IMG/VR virus record: IMGVR_UViG_3300047323_000694 | Span: 34,045 to 98,044 of that record | Origin: a virus | DNA length: 64,000 bases | Direction: 5' to 3' (one strand) | The notes under the pieces: model-generated | What the model saw: the letters and a program-made list of their open reading frames with translations, nothing else | The model's database searches: none | Told to the model about the DNA's origin: nothing | Part shown: positions 44,828 to 54,520 of the stretch, piece by piece | Numbering within the stretch: the stretch's first letter is position 1 | Layout of the letters: each line of letters begins with the position of its first letter | Program-made: the position numbers and the translations under genes

Positions 44828-45266
44828 GGATAAGCTCCTTCGGCACAGACACGACAGGGCCAAGTACCCAGTTCACGACGCAACGCATAGCTGCAACCAA
44901 CGGCTCGTCAGGATGGTTGTGGGCTTTGCGGCGATGCTCGCCTTTGCGAAAAATGGTTGCGCCCCATGAGCCGCTTTCCTGCCAGCCCGCGTTCGGGCCG
45001 CCATTGACGTGAATAGGGCTTTCCTTGGGAGAGATCAGGACGCCGTACTTCTCGATCAGCGGGCCGCCTTCCTGCCATCGGGTGGAGGGCATGAAGGGCT
45101 CTGACATCTCTTGGCAATGACCCATAAGCTGCTTGCTCACCACCAAATAGAGCTTTCCGTCCTCGAATTCGTGTTTGGTCTTTTCGCCCTTCACGCACAC
45201 CATCACAGCCCAATCCAGCGCAGCACCACTCAGCTCGCTTACCTTCACTTCGATGAGCTCACTCAT
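44820..45266 (-). CDS. NinX/DUF2591-family protein
   Basis: ELSGAALDWAV, PSTRW..GGPLIEK, PLVAAMR. Confidence 0.78.
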   Translation of the reverse strand: MSELIEVKVSELSGAALDWAVMVCVKGEKTKHEFEDGKLYLVVSKQLMGHCQEMSEPFMPSTRWQEGGPLIEKYGVLISPKESPIHVNGGPNAGWQESGSWGATIFRKGEHRRKAHNHPDEPLVAAMRCVVNWVLGPVVSVPKELIHE

Positions 45267-45462
45267 AACCAACCTCCTGGCGCGATGGCGCTTTCCACTC
45301 CCAAAAGGGGCCTTTGTTCTTCATGACGCCCTTACGCTTGAGACGCTGGAGGGCTTTGCTGACTTCTTCCCTGTCTACTTGAAGGGCTGATGCGCAGATC
45401 CAGGCTGTTGCGCCACCATGACGCTGGTAGTAAGCGAGTACGGACTGGTCGAAGGGGGTCAT
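45259..45462 (-). CDS. Small HTH protein
   Basis: TAW..A..L......VSKALQRLKRKG. Confidence 0.55.
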   Translation of the reverse strand: MTPFDQSVLAYYQRHGGATAWICASALQVDREEVSKALQRLKRKGVMKNKGPFWEWKAPSRQEVGYE

Positions 45463-45631
45463 TGGGCAATCCCCTTGGGCGGCATGCAGCGGACTTCGGA
45501 ATAGGCGTTCAGATAACTGCCCATCCCGGCCTTCTGGCAGACGGCGTAATCCTCGACTTGGCTCTTGACGTCACTCCTGACCTTGTCGCAGCCAGCGAGC
45601 GCCACAAGCGCAATCACAGCGAATATTCGAA

Positions 45632-46423
45632 TCATTGCGCAGCCCTCCGCTGATATTCGGCCGCAGCGTCGAGCTGGCGGTTTATGCGTTCGTTCAGATC
45701 CCGGCGAGTGGCGCGAATGCGGTGATCCTTGACCAGTTGGCGCTGGGCGGCCTTGACCTTCAGGTCGCGTTTGATCGCATCCAGCTTTTCCCGGAAGTCA
45801 GCAGATGGCGTGGCGGCCTTGCCGGTGATCAGTCCGGCAATGGCAAGGCCCTCCTGAGTGACCGGCACGACGTTGAGGTCGGCCAGGTACACAGCGCCAC
45901 GCTCCTGAGGGATGCGTTTCATCTGCACAGCGGCCGTGATGGCCTCGACACGGCGATTGGCGTCGAATCCGATGGAGACGTGCCAGTTGACCGGGATCGC
46001 GTCTTCACGGGCCTTGGAGACCAGCCTTTCGTAGGAGCTGATGAAGGCCATGCGAGCGCCGACCTTGTCGCCTACGTTGAGGACTGGCCGGGCAGCGCCG
46101 AGGGCCACTTGGATTTCATCGGTCATCACCACGGTGTCGAATTCATCGTTCGATGCGAGGGCAATGGCCCATGCCTCGTCCTTGCCCGGACGGCCGTCGG
46201 CGGCGTGAATGCGACCCAGCACAGCAGCCAAGGTCAGCTTGCCGGTCAGCTCCTTGCGGCATGACCACAGCGCATTGGCGATCACGTCCATGTCGTAGTC
46301 AGCGAGGTCTTCGGCCATCAGCTTGGCGGCAGGACCGCTCAGGGTCTGGCCCAGGGTTTCAGCAGTGGCGCAGATGGCCATGCTCAGATCAGCGATTTCG
46401 GCGAAGGAAAGCATTGCTCTCAC
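45632..46423 (-). CDS. Replication accessory protein (P-like position)
   Basis: DGRPG.DEAW, VV.T.EI, GD.VGARMAF...Y.RL; follows the initiator. Confidence 0.65.
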   Translation of the reverse strand: MRAMLSFAEIADLSMAICATAETLGQTLSGPAAKLMAEDLADYDMDVIANALWSCRKELTGKLTLAAVLGRIHAADGRPGKDEAWAIALASNDEFDTVVMTDEIQVALGAARPVLNVGDKVGARMAFISSYERLVSKAREDAIPVNWHVSIGFDANRRVEAITAAVQMKRIPQERGAVYLADLNVVPVTQEGLAIAGLITGKAATPSADFREKLDAIKRDLKVKAAQRQLVKDHRIRATRRDLNERINRQLDAAAEYQRRAAQ

Positions 46424-47531
46424 CTCCGGCTGTGATCATGGCGTGGGCGTGCTGGGCGGCGTTGATGTTGGCCTGGGTGTTCTCCATCTGGCGGGCAGTG
46501 ACGGCGTTGACCTGTCGGCCGGTGATCCACTGCGTTCGAATCCCTTCCGCCCTGGCGACCAGCAGGCCGAACTCATGCGAGGACCGGATGAAGAACGAGT
46601 CGTTGATGGTCACGTAGAAAGCGGCAACGTTCGGCGCCTCTTCAGCCCCGAGGCGCTGCACAAGCTGGGCCACCTGGCCGTTGACCTTCGCGTTCCGTAC
46701 CGGCTCAACGCTGTAGCGGTCGAAGTAGGCGTTGGCATACGCAGCCCAGGTGTTGCTGTTGGCAATCTGCGATGGTGTCTTTTCCTTCGCCGCCTTGGGC
46801 TTGAGCACCTTCACGTTCGACGCGCCCGGAGCGGAAGCGACTGGCAAGGGCTTTTGATCTTGGATCGGAGAAGCGGGAATCAGAGAATCAGAAGAGAGGG
46901 AATCAAGAGAGAGGGAATCAGTAGGGCAAGGGGTTGCATGGTTGTCGCAACGTTGAGCCATTCTTGAGTCAACGTTGGATCGACGATGATCAGACGTTGA
47001 ATCGCCCTTGATCGAATTACAGGTCGAGCACAGAGTCTGCAGGTTTTCAGACGAATTATCGCCACCCTTAGCGAGCGGGACGATGTGATCAATCGAAAGC
47101 CTTTCGGTATCTCCGCAGCGCAAGCACGTATGGTTGTCGCGGGCGAAAGTTGACTCCCTGAGCGACGGAGACACGTCGTAAGAGTGTCGTGTCATTTGAG
47201 CGCGACCCGGCGGCGCAGGGATTACGCTCGCAACTTCCTTATGGTGAGGCATTTGATGCTTCGTGAAGCTGTCGATTTGCAGATAGCGTTTCCCATCAAT
47301 CTCGTATCGCTGAATGAACCCGAATTCAGCTAAGTCATTGAGCATGCGATCAACATCTACGCTGTCAGCTGGGAACAACGCCATGCGCAAACGCTTCGGA
47401 CGATCTTCAAGGCGTCCCTCCCGGTCTGCCTCGGTCCACATACCAATGAAAAGAAGGCGCGTGGCAAAGTCCAGCTCTGCCAGATGCTCGTTCGAAAAGA
47501 AGCCTGGTTTGATGTTGCGGGAACGTGCCAT
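46389..47531 (-). CDS. Replication initiator with an inserted HNH domain
   Basis: MARSRNIKPGFF..RLLFIG.W..ADREGRL N-terminus; central RD...C..CG....L.IDHI.P...GG....NLQ.LC..CN..KG. Confidence 0.82.
   Translation of the reverse strand: MARSRNIKPGFFSNEHLAELDFATRLLFIGMWTEADREGRLEDRPKRLRMALFPADSVDVDRMLNDLAEFGFIQRYEIDGKRYLQIDSFTKHQMPHHKEVASVIPAPPGRAQMTRHSYDVSPSLRESTFARDNHTCLRCGDTERLSIDHIVPLAKGGDNSSENLQTLCSTCNSIKGDSTSDHRRSNVDSRMAQRCDNHATPCPTDSLSLDSLSSDSLIPASPIQDQKPLPVASAPGASNVKVLKPKAAKEKTPSQIANSNTWAAYANAYFDRYSVEPVRNAKVNGQVAQLVQRLGAEEAPNVAAFYVTINDSFFIRSSHEFGLLVARAEGIRTQWITGRQVNAVTARQMENTQANINAAQHAHAMITAGGESNAFLRRNR
46875..46921. repeat. Putative origin iterons inside the initiator gene
   Basis: Four (GG)GAATCA direct repeats. 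Confidence 0.5.
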
Positions 47532-48358
47532 CACGCGACCCCCTTGAGTTCTTTGTCGTGTGTGAAGAGGCCGTCCCACGTTTTCTTCATGGGCAATTCT
47601 TTGTTCAGGTAGAGATCATAGAGACGGATCGCGCCCTTCTTCAGCAGCACCGGCGTGTAGGTGAAGAAGGCGTCTTTACCGTGGGGGGTGACTTCGTGCG
47701 CGTGCTCGGTCATGTACTTGTCGCGGGCATAAGACGCCACACGCCAGCGCACACCAGTCTTGCTCTCGTTGTAGAGCCAGTTGCGACCCTCAAGAGCCCC
47801 TCCGACTTGCATCACGTTCACGCCATTCAGCTTTTTGCAGAACTGCGGCGCGGTCATGCCTTCCTGGAAGAGGTTCTCCATCTGATGGATCTTGGTTGCC
47901 TGAGCCTGATTCTCAGCGCTGAGCAATTGCTGAACTTTTTCAGCAGCCTGCTTTTTCTCGACTTCATCAGCCCAAGCGCGTGCTGCAGCTGCTGGATTAG
48001 AGAAGTCAGGGAGCGTGACGGCTTGGCGTGACTCAAGCTCTTGCCAGCGGTCCACAAGCGCCGCCGTGAACTCGGGAGAGAGTTGCGCAACAACTACAAA
48101 GCTGTCTCGCTTGCAGACCTGGTACTGCTCGACCGCCTGCCCCAAGTGATTCCGGACTTCCCCCAATGGGGGGAGTTCGATAGCTCCGCGCGCTGCGAGA
48201 CGCTCAATTGATTGCTTCACTTTGTCGTGGCGTGACCCGACCAGATCGGCAATTTCCTGAGAGGACATTGAAACGATCCGCGCCACGTTTTCAGAGATAA
48301 CAAAACGTGGCGCGGCGTGAATTGATACGGGATTGACATTGTCTTGTTGAGTGCGCAT
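47531..48358 (-). CDS. Rha/KilAC-type phage regulatory (antirepressor-like) protein
   Basis: MSSQEIADLVGSRHDKVKQSIERL, VVAQLSPEFTA.LVDRWQELE, LPDF..PA.AARAWA. Confidence 0.8.
   Translation of the reverse strand: MRTQQDNVNPVSIHAAPRFVISENVARIVSMSSQEIADLVGSRHDKVKQSIERLAARGAIELPPLGEVRNHLGQAVEQYQVCKRDSFVVVAQLSPEFTAALVDRWQELESRQAVTLPDFSNPAAAARAWADEVEKKQAAEKVQQLLSAENQAQATKIHQMENLFQEGMTAPQFCKKLNGVNVMQVGGALEGRNWLYNESKTGVRWRVASYARDKYMTEHAHEVTPHGKDAFFTYTPVLLKKGAIRLYDLYLNKELPMKKTWDGLFTHDKELKGVA
48279..48314. repeat. Palindrome CGCGCCACG-N18-CGTGGCGCG (copy 3, inside coding sequence)
   Basis: Encodes APRFVISENVAR on the minus strand. Confidence 0.75.
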
Positions 48359-48486
48359 TATTCGCTCCAGACATTAGCTGTAAGTGCTGCACGAAAAACC
48401 ACCATTGCCCGGTGGTTTTTTTGTGCCTGCGTTTTGGTAATCAGTTGCTTCATTCAGCAGCTCCTCAAGAGTCCCTCAGGGGCTAA

Positions 48487-48669
48487 TCAGCCCTTACGAA
48501 AGGCCCTTACGTTGCTTCTTGATGGGTCGGGGCGGAGTTGAGAAAGTGCTTTATTGATCAAAAACGCGCCCATCTCTTCGGGCGTGATCCCCTTCAACTT
48601 CGCTACATGCTCAAGCTCGGCCCTGCCCCTCATGTCGAGCTGGATTTCCAGCTCTCTTTTTTCAGGCAC
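48487..48669 (-). CDS. Small hypothetical protein
   Basis: 60 aa, in the cro operon. Confidence 0.5.
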   Translation of the reverse strand: MPEKRELEIQLDMRGRAELEHVAKLKGITPEEMGAFLINKALSQLRPDPSRSNVRAFRKG

Positions 48670-48687
48670 AGTCCCTCCTCGGCTACT

Positions 48688-48876
48688 TCAAGCCACGTCA
48701 GTCTTCGCGTTAAGCTCTTCCATCATCTGGTTCAGAGCGCGTTCAAGCAGGTCGCGCGCAAGCACAGCCTTTTGGGTCCTGTGGAACCTGGCCATGGCAG
48801 TCAGCAAATCGTCAGCTACCTCGTCGAGGCGCACCTTCGTTGCCTTGTCGTGCAGGTGATTAGGGTCGACGTACAT
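48688..48876 (-). CDS. Small DNA-binding protein (cII position, RHH-like)
   Basis: TKVRLDE....LL.AMA......KAVLARDLL. Confidence 0.6.
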   Translation of the reverse strand: MYVDPNHLHDKATKVRLDEVADDLLTAMARFHRTQKAVLARDLLERALNQMMEELNAKTDVA

Positions 48877-48914
48877 GTGTTGCTCCTTGTGGCTATAGAA
48901 ATTGGGTTGAATTT

Positions 48915-49145
48915 TTAAGCAGCTGAAAGCTCGGGCCAGATCTGCTTCCAGTCTTCCGGGCGAAGCTCTCTTCGGGTAACGGCGCCGTAGGTAGCAGATT
49001 CGGTGCGCGCAGCTATTTCAGCTGATGCTGTTTTGTGCCCGTAGGCGATCAGCCGAAGGTAGGCCCGAGTGGTGCCAGTACCTTCAACCTGGGCGTCTGT
49101 TGCTGTTTTCAGCCAGGCAAGCAGGCTTTGGTTCTTGCTCCGCAT
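48915..49145 (-). CDS. cro: Cro-like (YdaS-type) repressor
   Basis: GTT.AYL..IAYG.K..S...A...E.AT.G.VTR.ELRP.DW..IWPEL; divergent from cI. Confidence 0.82.
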   Translation of the reverse strand: MRSKNQSLLAWLKTATDAQVEGTGTTRAYLRLIAYGHKTASAEIAARTESATYGAVTRRELRPEDWKQIWPELSAA

Positions 49146-49174
49146 AGGGAACCTCCTTCTAGATATGAGGATTA

Positions 49175-49228
49175 TTACCCGCAGGTAATCATCAAAGCAA
49201 TACCCATGGGGAATTTACCTTTCGGTAA
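49175..49228. promoter_or_regulatory. OR-like operators, three TTACC-N4-GGTAA sites
   Basis: 49175-49188, 49200-49213 (ATACC/GGGAA) and 49215-49228. Confidence 0.8.
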
Positions 49229-49248
49229 CAGGTGGCGATGATCATCAA

Positions 49249-49731
49249 ATGGATATTTCAGAAATTCGAAGAGCCAACCTTCAGGCGCTGATGAGCGACC
49301 GATTTGGCGGCAAAAAAGCGCATATCGCTGACGCTCTAGGAAAGAGCCCGAGCTATATAGCTAGGTGCCTCTCGCTAACTATCGCGCCAGAAAACAGGAA
49401 GAAAATTGGTGAAGATTTTGCTCGGCACATAGAAGTTGAGCTTGGTCTTGAGCGCTATCAGATGGACAAGCCAATGTCCGGCGCGCACATAGAGGCGTCG
49501 GCTGTAGCGGCTAAGGCTAAGAAACTTGACCTGCTTGCTTCTCCGCGATCGCAGTCAGCTCTTGCCAAAATTGTCGCCGCCGCAGAGTCGGGCCGGCTGA
49601 CCGAAGAGGACATGGTTCTTCTGGAGCTGATCGCAGCGAAGATCGCTGGCGGCGCCCAGGACTCCGGCGCCAACACCAATTCACGACTTAGGGATAGGTT
49701 GAAGATCGATGATTCAGGTACTGAACAGTAG
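49249..49731 (+). CDS. cI: cI-like repressor (HTH; no S24 autoprotease domain)
   Basis: IRRANL..L......K..IA..LG.SPSYI...L......K.IGE..AR.IE..L; only 160 aa. Confidence 0.8.
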   Translation: MDISEIRRANLQALMSDRFGGKKAHIADALGKSPSYIARCLSLTIAPENRKKIGEDFARHIEVELGLERYQMDKPMSGAHIEASAVAAKAKKLDLLASPRSQSALAKIVAAAESGRLTEEDMVLLELIAAKIAGGAQDSGANTNSRLRDRLKIDDSGTEQ

Positions 49732-50584
49732 TTTTTTTGGAGGGCAAATTAGTGCTCCAAAGAATGTCGGCGTGAACCCCCTATTCAGAGCGAAAATATC
49801 CGTCAACGGGGAGTCTGTTAGGTGCTATGTCAAGCCCGCACCTGACAGCTACAAAAACAAGGATGGAACATTTTTCCTGAATCGCGAGATTACCAGCGAG
49901 GCTCTTGGCTACGTATTGGGCAAGGCTTGCGGCATGAGTATGGCGGACAACGCCGGCGTTATAGTTCTTGAGCGGGACATGATCCCTGCCGACATCCTGG
50001 GTAAGCTTGATGAGATTACTCATGGCGACAAGCAAGAGTCCTTCTTGGCATGGTTCAGCCAGGACATGACCTACCCTAATCTCGTCGAAAGGCTTATCGG
50101 CGACCCCAAGAATGACTTCCAAGCAAAGCGCATAAGGCGCGTGGCTGAAACGCTGGCGAAGCATCCTGACTCCCCTGCTCTTGTTTCATTTGATGAGTGG
50201 CTGCTCAATTCGGATCGGCACCTTGGTAACCTTTTGGCTGCCGCGAAGGGGAAAATGATGCTGATCGACCAGGGCCGAATTTTCGTACAGCCTTCATGGC
50301 AACCAGCGACACTTGGCCCGATTGGGGCGCGCTGTAAAAACACATTTGAACTGATGCTGAATACCTACACTCCTAGGTGGAGCGAGCAGTTACCAATAAA
50401 AAGTGCACGATCTCTGGCGTACAATACAATCTCGGTGGCCTTTCGAGGGGATGGCGCTTCCGCCGCTCGCAGCGTGCTCAAGGAGATGATGATGGAGGAG
50501 TCTGACGTGGATACAGTAATCGACTACCTGGCAGGTCGCCTGGACCCCGTTCAGTACAACCAATTTGTCGAGCTATTGGCGTGA
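49709..50584 (+). CDS. HipA-like (PI3/4K-fold) Ser/Thr kinase
   Basis: YVK, E..G..LG, FDEWLLNSDRHLGNLL, LIDQG. Confidence 0.82.
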   Translation: MIQVLNSSFFGGQISAPKNVGVNPLFRAKISVNGESVRCYVKPAPDSYKNKDGTFFLNREITSEALGYVLGKACGMSMADNAGVIVLERDMIPADILGKLDEITHGDKQESFLAWFSQDMTYPNLVERLIGDPKNDFQAKRIRRVAETLAKHPDSPALVSFDEWLLNSDRHLGNLLAAAKGKMMLIDQGRIFVQPSWQPATLGPIGARCKNTFELMLNTYTPRWSEQLPIKSARSLAYNTISVAFRGDGASAARSVLKEMMMEESDVDTVIDYLAGRLDPVQYNQFVELLA

Positions 50585-51456
50585 CTAACAGCATACTTCG
50601 CAAGCGCCTTTCTCAGGACGCTCCCGCCCGACCAGTCCAGGGTTACTGGCAGCCTATAAGCGTCTGCCTCGACCAGGATGCCGGTGAGTTTCTAAACGTG
50701 GGAGTGGTGTTTTCTAGCGGCACCAAGGTCGATGTGAGGATGCTTGATACGTTCGATCGCATGAAATGCCTGTACGACGGCAGATTCGATCAAAACGATT
50801 TGACGCATTACTTGTTGGATATCGAGGAATACCTTTACAAAACCAAGGGTGACTTCCCTGACGAGATCGACTCTGGGATCAGGCTCGGAACCAAGCTTTA
50901 CGCTGCTGGGGAGTCATCAGAGGCAATTGTTAATGAGTATTTCGAAGATGTGGTAACCCTAGCCAGGCCGAAGGGATCCCCTCGGAATGCTGGATTTCGC
51001 TACACGTCGACTCCGAAGCTTCGGGACAACATCTTTCAGATAATGAAGCAAAAGATGAATATGGAGGCATCAGCGATAATCAAGGACGAACGATTCCGCC
51101 TCAAGATGAAGAATGGCGCATTCATGGATGTTGACACCCCTCTGCTTAGCGCTTCGGCTGCGGGCACCATCGTGTCAGCCTGGTACAAGAGTCCTCTTGT
51201 CGTCTCCAACAACATCCTGCAGGGCTACACCGACCTCGTCGTGGTTTCTAGCAATAGCGACCGGAAGACGGCAATGTCGATTCTTATACCTGACGACAAA
51301 AGCGGTCTGGATGCCGCCGAGTTCCAGAAGCTTAGCGATGCTGTTAGCAAGCAAATCGATAGAATTCGGAACTCTGGTGTTGAGGTTCTGGCTGCCAGCT
51401 CTACCGATATCCTAGCTAACAAGACAATCGAGTGGTGGGCTAACAAGGTGGCATAA
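50581..51456 (+). CDS. DUF3037-like partner of the kinase
   Basis: D...GEFLNVGVV signature; GTGA coupling to the kinase stop. Confidence 0.68.
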   Translation: MTNSILRKRLSQDAPARPVQGYWQPISVCLDQDAGEFLNVGVVFSSGTKVDVRMLDTFDRMKCLYDGRFDQNDLTHYLLDIEEYLYKTKGDFPDEIDSGIRLGTKLYAAGESSEAIVNEYFEDVVTLARPKGSPRNAGFRYTSTPKLRDNIFQIMKQKMNMEASAIIKDERFRLKMKNGAFMDVDTPLLSASAAGTIVSAWYKSPLVVSNNILQGYTDLVVVSSNSDRKTAMSILIPDDKSGLDAAEFQKLSDAVSKQIDRIRNSGVEVLAASSTDILANKTIEWWANKVA

Positions 51457-51502
51457 CCTATAAGCCCGCTCGACGATCCGAGCAAAACCTCTTTTGAATC
51501 AA

Positions 51503-51529
51503 GGCCCGCCATTGAGCGGGTTTTTTATT
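51503..51529 (+). terminator. Terminator ending the cI-kinase-DUF3037 operon
   Basis: GGCCCGC-CATTGA-GCGGGTT followed by a T run. Confidence 0.8.
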
Positions 51530-51539
51530 TGGGAAAAGA

Positions 51540-51582
51540 TTACCTATGGGTATTGACGATGTGAGTTACCTACAGGTAATGT
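51540..51582 (+). promoter_or_regulatory. PL-like promoter with two operators
   Basis: TTACC-TATG-GGTAT (51540-51553), TTACC-TACA-GGTAA (51566-51579); -35 TTGACG 51553-51558, -10 TAATGT 51577-51582. Confidence 0.78.
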
Positions 51583-51632
51583 TCACTCCATCGAGCCACT
51601 ACAGCGACTCGCCAGGGCCTCAATCGGGTCTG

Positions 51633-51645
51633 CGCTCTTTCACAA
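51633..51645 (+). promoter_or_regulatory. boxA-like antitermination element
   Basis: CGCTCTTTCACAA just downstream of PL. Confidence 0.55.
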
Positions 51646-51870
51646 CTTAGACCGCCGAGCCTTCAGGCATAGAAGGCCAGCAGACCCAACAGGGCGAGCT
51701 GCAAACAGGTGTGACGGCCATGAAGCTGTCATTCAAGCGACACGCAGGCCCCAAGCGAAGTGGGAAGCGTGATACCGGATGAGCGACCGGTGCCTGGCTT
51801 GAGTAAGACCGAACATTTCACTGATGCAGCTTGGCGACAGGCTGCATTGGGAAGTCAGAGGAGGTGCAGC

Positions 51871-52134
51871 ATGAGCGTGAAAGAAGTTGTGGAAAGCCAG
51901 ATTCGCGCCTCTCAAATCTGCCGAGAGCGCTACTCGACCATGAGTGAAGTCGACTGGTTGGCAGGCGGAATAATTTTCACGCTGAAGCATTCAATGAGCG
52001 TCCTTAGGGATCAAGAGCGATTCGCCAAGAAAGCTTATGAGTACATTCAAGAGCTCCGTAATTCTGACAAACACCAGGCTGCAGCAAAGGTTTCAGATTG
52101 GCTAGACGCCTTTGGCAGCCAGGTAGCAGCTTAA
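51871..52134 (+). CDS. Early hypothetical protein
   Basis: GAGGAGG RBS before MSVKE. Confidence 0.6.
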   Translation: MSVKEVVESQIRASQICRERYSTMSEVDWLAGGIIFTLKHSMSVLRDQERFAKKAYEYIQELRNSDKHQAAAKVSDWLDAFGSQVAA

Positions 52135-52164
52135 TTCGCCTATGGGCAATCAGGAGTTAGAGAG

Positions 52165-52557
52165 ATGACACCCGAACAGAAAGTGAAATATCTGATCCTT
52201 GAGTGGGCCGAGAAGTGGGATGGCGAAACAGCTGCAACGTTCGCCGCCCGCACCGGGGAGGAGGTAGACGAGGCATATGACGCGCTGGTCGAGGCTGACG
52301 CCCACTGGGACGCCAAGAGCGAAACCCGCGAGGGCGAGATCGAAACCGGATTGCCTGCCGATGGTGGTCGCCACTACGAGGCCAAGGCTGTAGGTGGACG
52401 CCTGCCGGATGATTCATGGGTTGGCTGGACTTACTACTACGGCGGCGGGAAGCATTCCGATCCCGACTCTGTCGACTGGATTGAGCATGCCTACGACTTG
52501 CTCTGCGTCGTAGAGGAAAGGGTCATGACCGTTAGAACCTTTACGAAAGCAGCGTAA
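52165..52557 (+). CDS. Early hypothetical acidic protein
   Basis: RHYE.K.V....PD.SWVGWTY.YGGGKH motif. Confidence 0.68.
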   Translation: MTPEQKVKYLILEWAEKWDGETAATFAARTGEEVDEAYDALVEADAHWDAKSETREGEIETGLPADGGRHYEAKAVGGRLPDDSWVGWTYYYGGGKHSDPDSVDWIEHAYDLLCVVEERVMTVRTFTKAA

Positions 52558-52715
52558 CCCATTTCAGCAAGGAAGCCCCTCATGTCCCTAAAACAACTCG
52601 CAGTACAAGCAGCCCGTAACCATAACCATCTGGCTATACGGGAGAAAGAATTCAGTCAAATGGCACTCGCTCAGCGTGATGTATGGATGCGTCTGGCGAG
52701 ATCGGTAGGAGGTAA

Positions 52716-52931
52716 GTGATGAGTGATCCAAAACCAAAGCCATGCCCTGTATGCGGCGGCGATGATCTGGAAGTGGACAGTTCCACGAACGCCGCAAGCT
52801 GGGTGCAGTGCCGCGATTGTGACCACAAACTTCAGAACGCCTGCTCCGAGGAGGCGGTAGTTCGCCGCTGGAACAAGCTTGAGAGACCAGCCAAGGCAGC
52901 CCCGCATGATCAAGGAGTAAGTGATGAGTGA
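52716..52931 (+). CDS. Lar-family restriction alleviation protein
   Basis: KPCPVCG...V.C.DC...A...WN. Confidence 0.68.
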   Translation: MMSDPKPKPCPVCGGDDLEVDSSTNAASWVQCRDCDHKLQNACSEEAVVRRWNKLERPAKAAPHDQGVSDE

Positions 52932-53265
52932 GTCGAAGTTTACGCCGGGGCCTTGGCATGTCGGTGAAGGCCAGCAAGCGCAGATCGTTTACGACAAAGA
53001 TGGATGGGGAATTGCTAACGCCGTGGTTTTTCATCGAGCGCATGAGCAAGGCTCGTCGCTGGCCAACGCCAAGTTGATCGCTACCGCCCCTGATTTGGTT
53101 GCGGACCTAATCATTGCCGCCGCAACCCTGCGCCGCTACGAGCAGGCTCACCGAGCCAAAGGCACCGAAGAAAGCGCCGCCAAGGCCGAGGTTAACGCTG
53201 ATCTTGCCGCACGCTTCGAAGCGACCATCCAGCGCGCCACAGCCAGCCCTATGGGCAAGGAGTGA
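52921..53265 (+). CDS. Early hypothetical protein
   Basis: TPGPW...ANAKLIA.APDL phage motif. Confidence 0.68.
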   Translation: MMSESKFTPGPWHVGEGQQAQIVYDKDGWGIANAVVFHRAHEQGSSLANAKLIATAPDLVADLIIAAATLRRYEQAHRAKGTEESAAKAEVNADLAARFEATIQRATASPMGKE

Positions 53266-53815
53266 GACAGTGCCCGCACATGCGGCCCGATCCTCTCTCT
53301 GAGAGCGCATCGGGGTGTGATCTGAGGCTAAGTCTCGGGCGGCGGAAGTGCCAACAGGCAGCCTTTAGGGCTTCCCCTTCCGCTCAATTCCGGCTGAGCC
53401 CCGGACAGATCATACCGCCGATGCGGAAGCCAACCCCGCAGATGCGGGACACCTGCATAACCAACCGGAGAAACCCATGCTCCAGATCATCCTGATCGGC
53501 GCAGCACTGAGCTTTGAGCGACCCGAATCGCTTACATGCCAGAACAGTGCGAGCGCTGAGCTTGAGCGGGCATCACGCCCCGCCGAAGTCAGGCGAACAT
53601 CCATCGGGGCGGTTTAGCGTTCGGGCGCCGCCGTCCCGCCAAGAAATAAGGGCCCGGTCAGAGCCCGGATAACCCTTTAAACCTGATCTGTGGAACCCGG
53701 TTAACGCCGGGTTTTTATTGCCCTGAATTTATTCGCATGGAAATCCACCGGCTCCTTTGCGGGCTACAGCCGGGTTCGGGTTTCCAGCCGAATTGATTCA
53801 CTGACTGAGGATTGA

Positions 53816-54052
53816 GTGATGAGACCAGTAATGACGATGAAGCCGATTCACGATTCGCTCGGACGGCTGATGAACGGATACGACGATGCGGGCGAAGGCA
53901 GGTTTCACGGCTGGGGCGTTGAGTATGAGGAGTTCGAAACCGGCCCTGGAAACTACAGCGTTGCGATCATCGAAATGCCCGACGGCACCATGCAAACGCT
54001 GGCGCCCTGGCTGATTCGCTTTCTGGATATTGACGCGCCGCCAACCGAATAA
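53816..54052 (+). CDS. Early hypothetical protein
   Basis: G.FH.WG..YEEFETGPGNYSVAI.E.PDG. Confidence 0.62.
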   Translation: MMRPVMTMKPIHDSLGRLMNGYDDAGEGRFHGWGVEYEEFETGPGNYSVAIIEMPDGTMQTLAPWLIRFLDIDAPPTE

Positions 54053-54073
54053 CCCAGCCCACTGGAGGCAACC

Positions 54074-54520
54074 ATGAACGCTGCATTGCAGATTGCACAA
54101 CAGAACTACGACCGTGCGTTGCCTCTGGAAGACGACGGTTTTCTCGAAACTGCAGAGGGCCAAGATTGGGTTGAGCGATCCACGGTCAAGCTGATGGCCG
54201 GGCGCAATGTGATTAAGCCCAACCCATGGGGGCGCGACGGGGTTCTGATTGACGAGTTCAAGCTTGTCGAAAAGGTCGCCGAGCATTTGGCTGAGTTGCC
54301 GAATGATCACTTCGCAGTCGAGCGGATCCTGATCGAGCTCATGCGCCGCGCTCACAAAGATGACGAACTGTACCGGCTCGCATCCGAGGCCCTGGGCGTT
54401 GACGAGGGCGAGTGCCGGGTAGTGCAGGACTTGGCTCTTGAGCTTCTGTCACCGGTCGCCGAAGAGTATGCCGAAGCGGTACGGGCAGACGACAAAGCCC
54501 AGTCGGAGTGTGGATTTTGA
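54074..54520 (+). CDS. Early hypothetical protein
   Basis: GGAGG RBS; 148 aa, acidic. Confidence 0.62.
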   Translation: MNAALQIAQQNYDRALPLEDDGFLETAEGQDWVERSTVKLMAGRNVIKPNPWGRDGVLIDEFKLVEKVAEHLAELPNDHFAVERILIELMRRAHKDDELYRLASEALGVDEGECRVVQDLALELLSPVAEEYAEAVRADDKAQSECGF

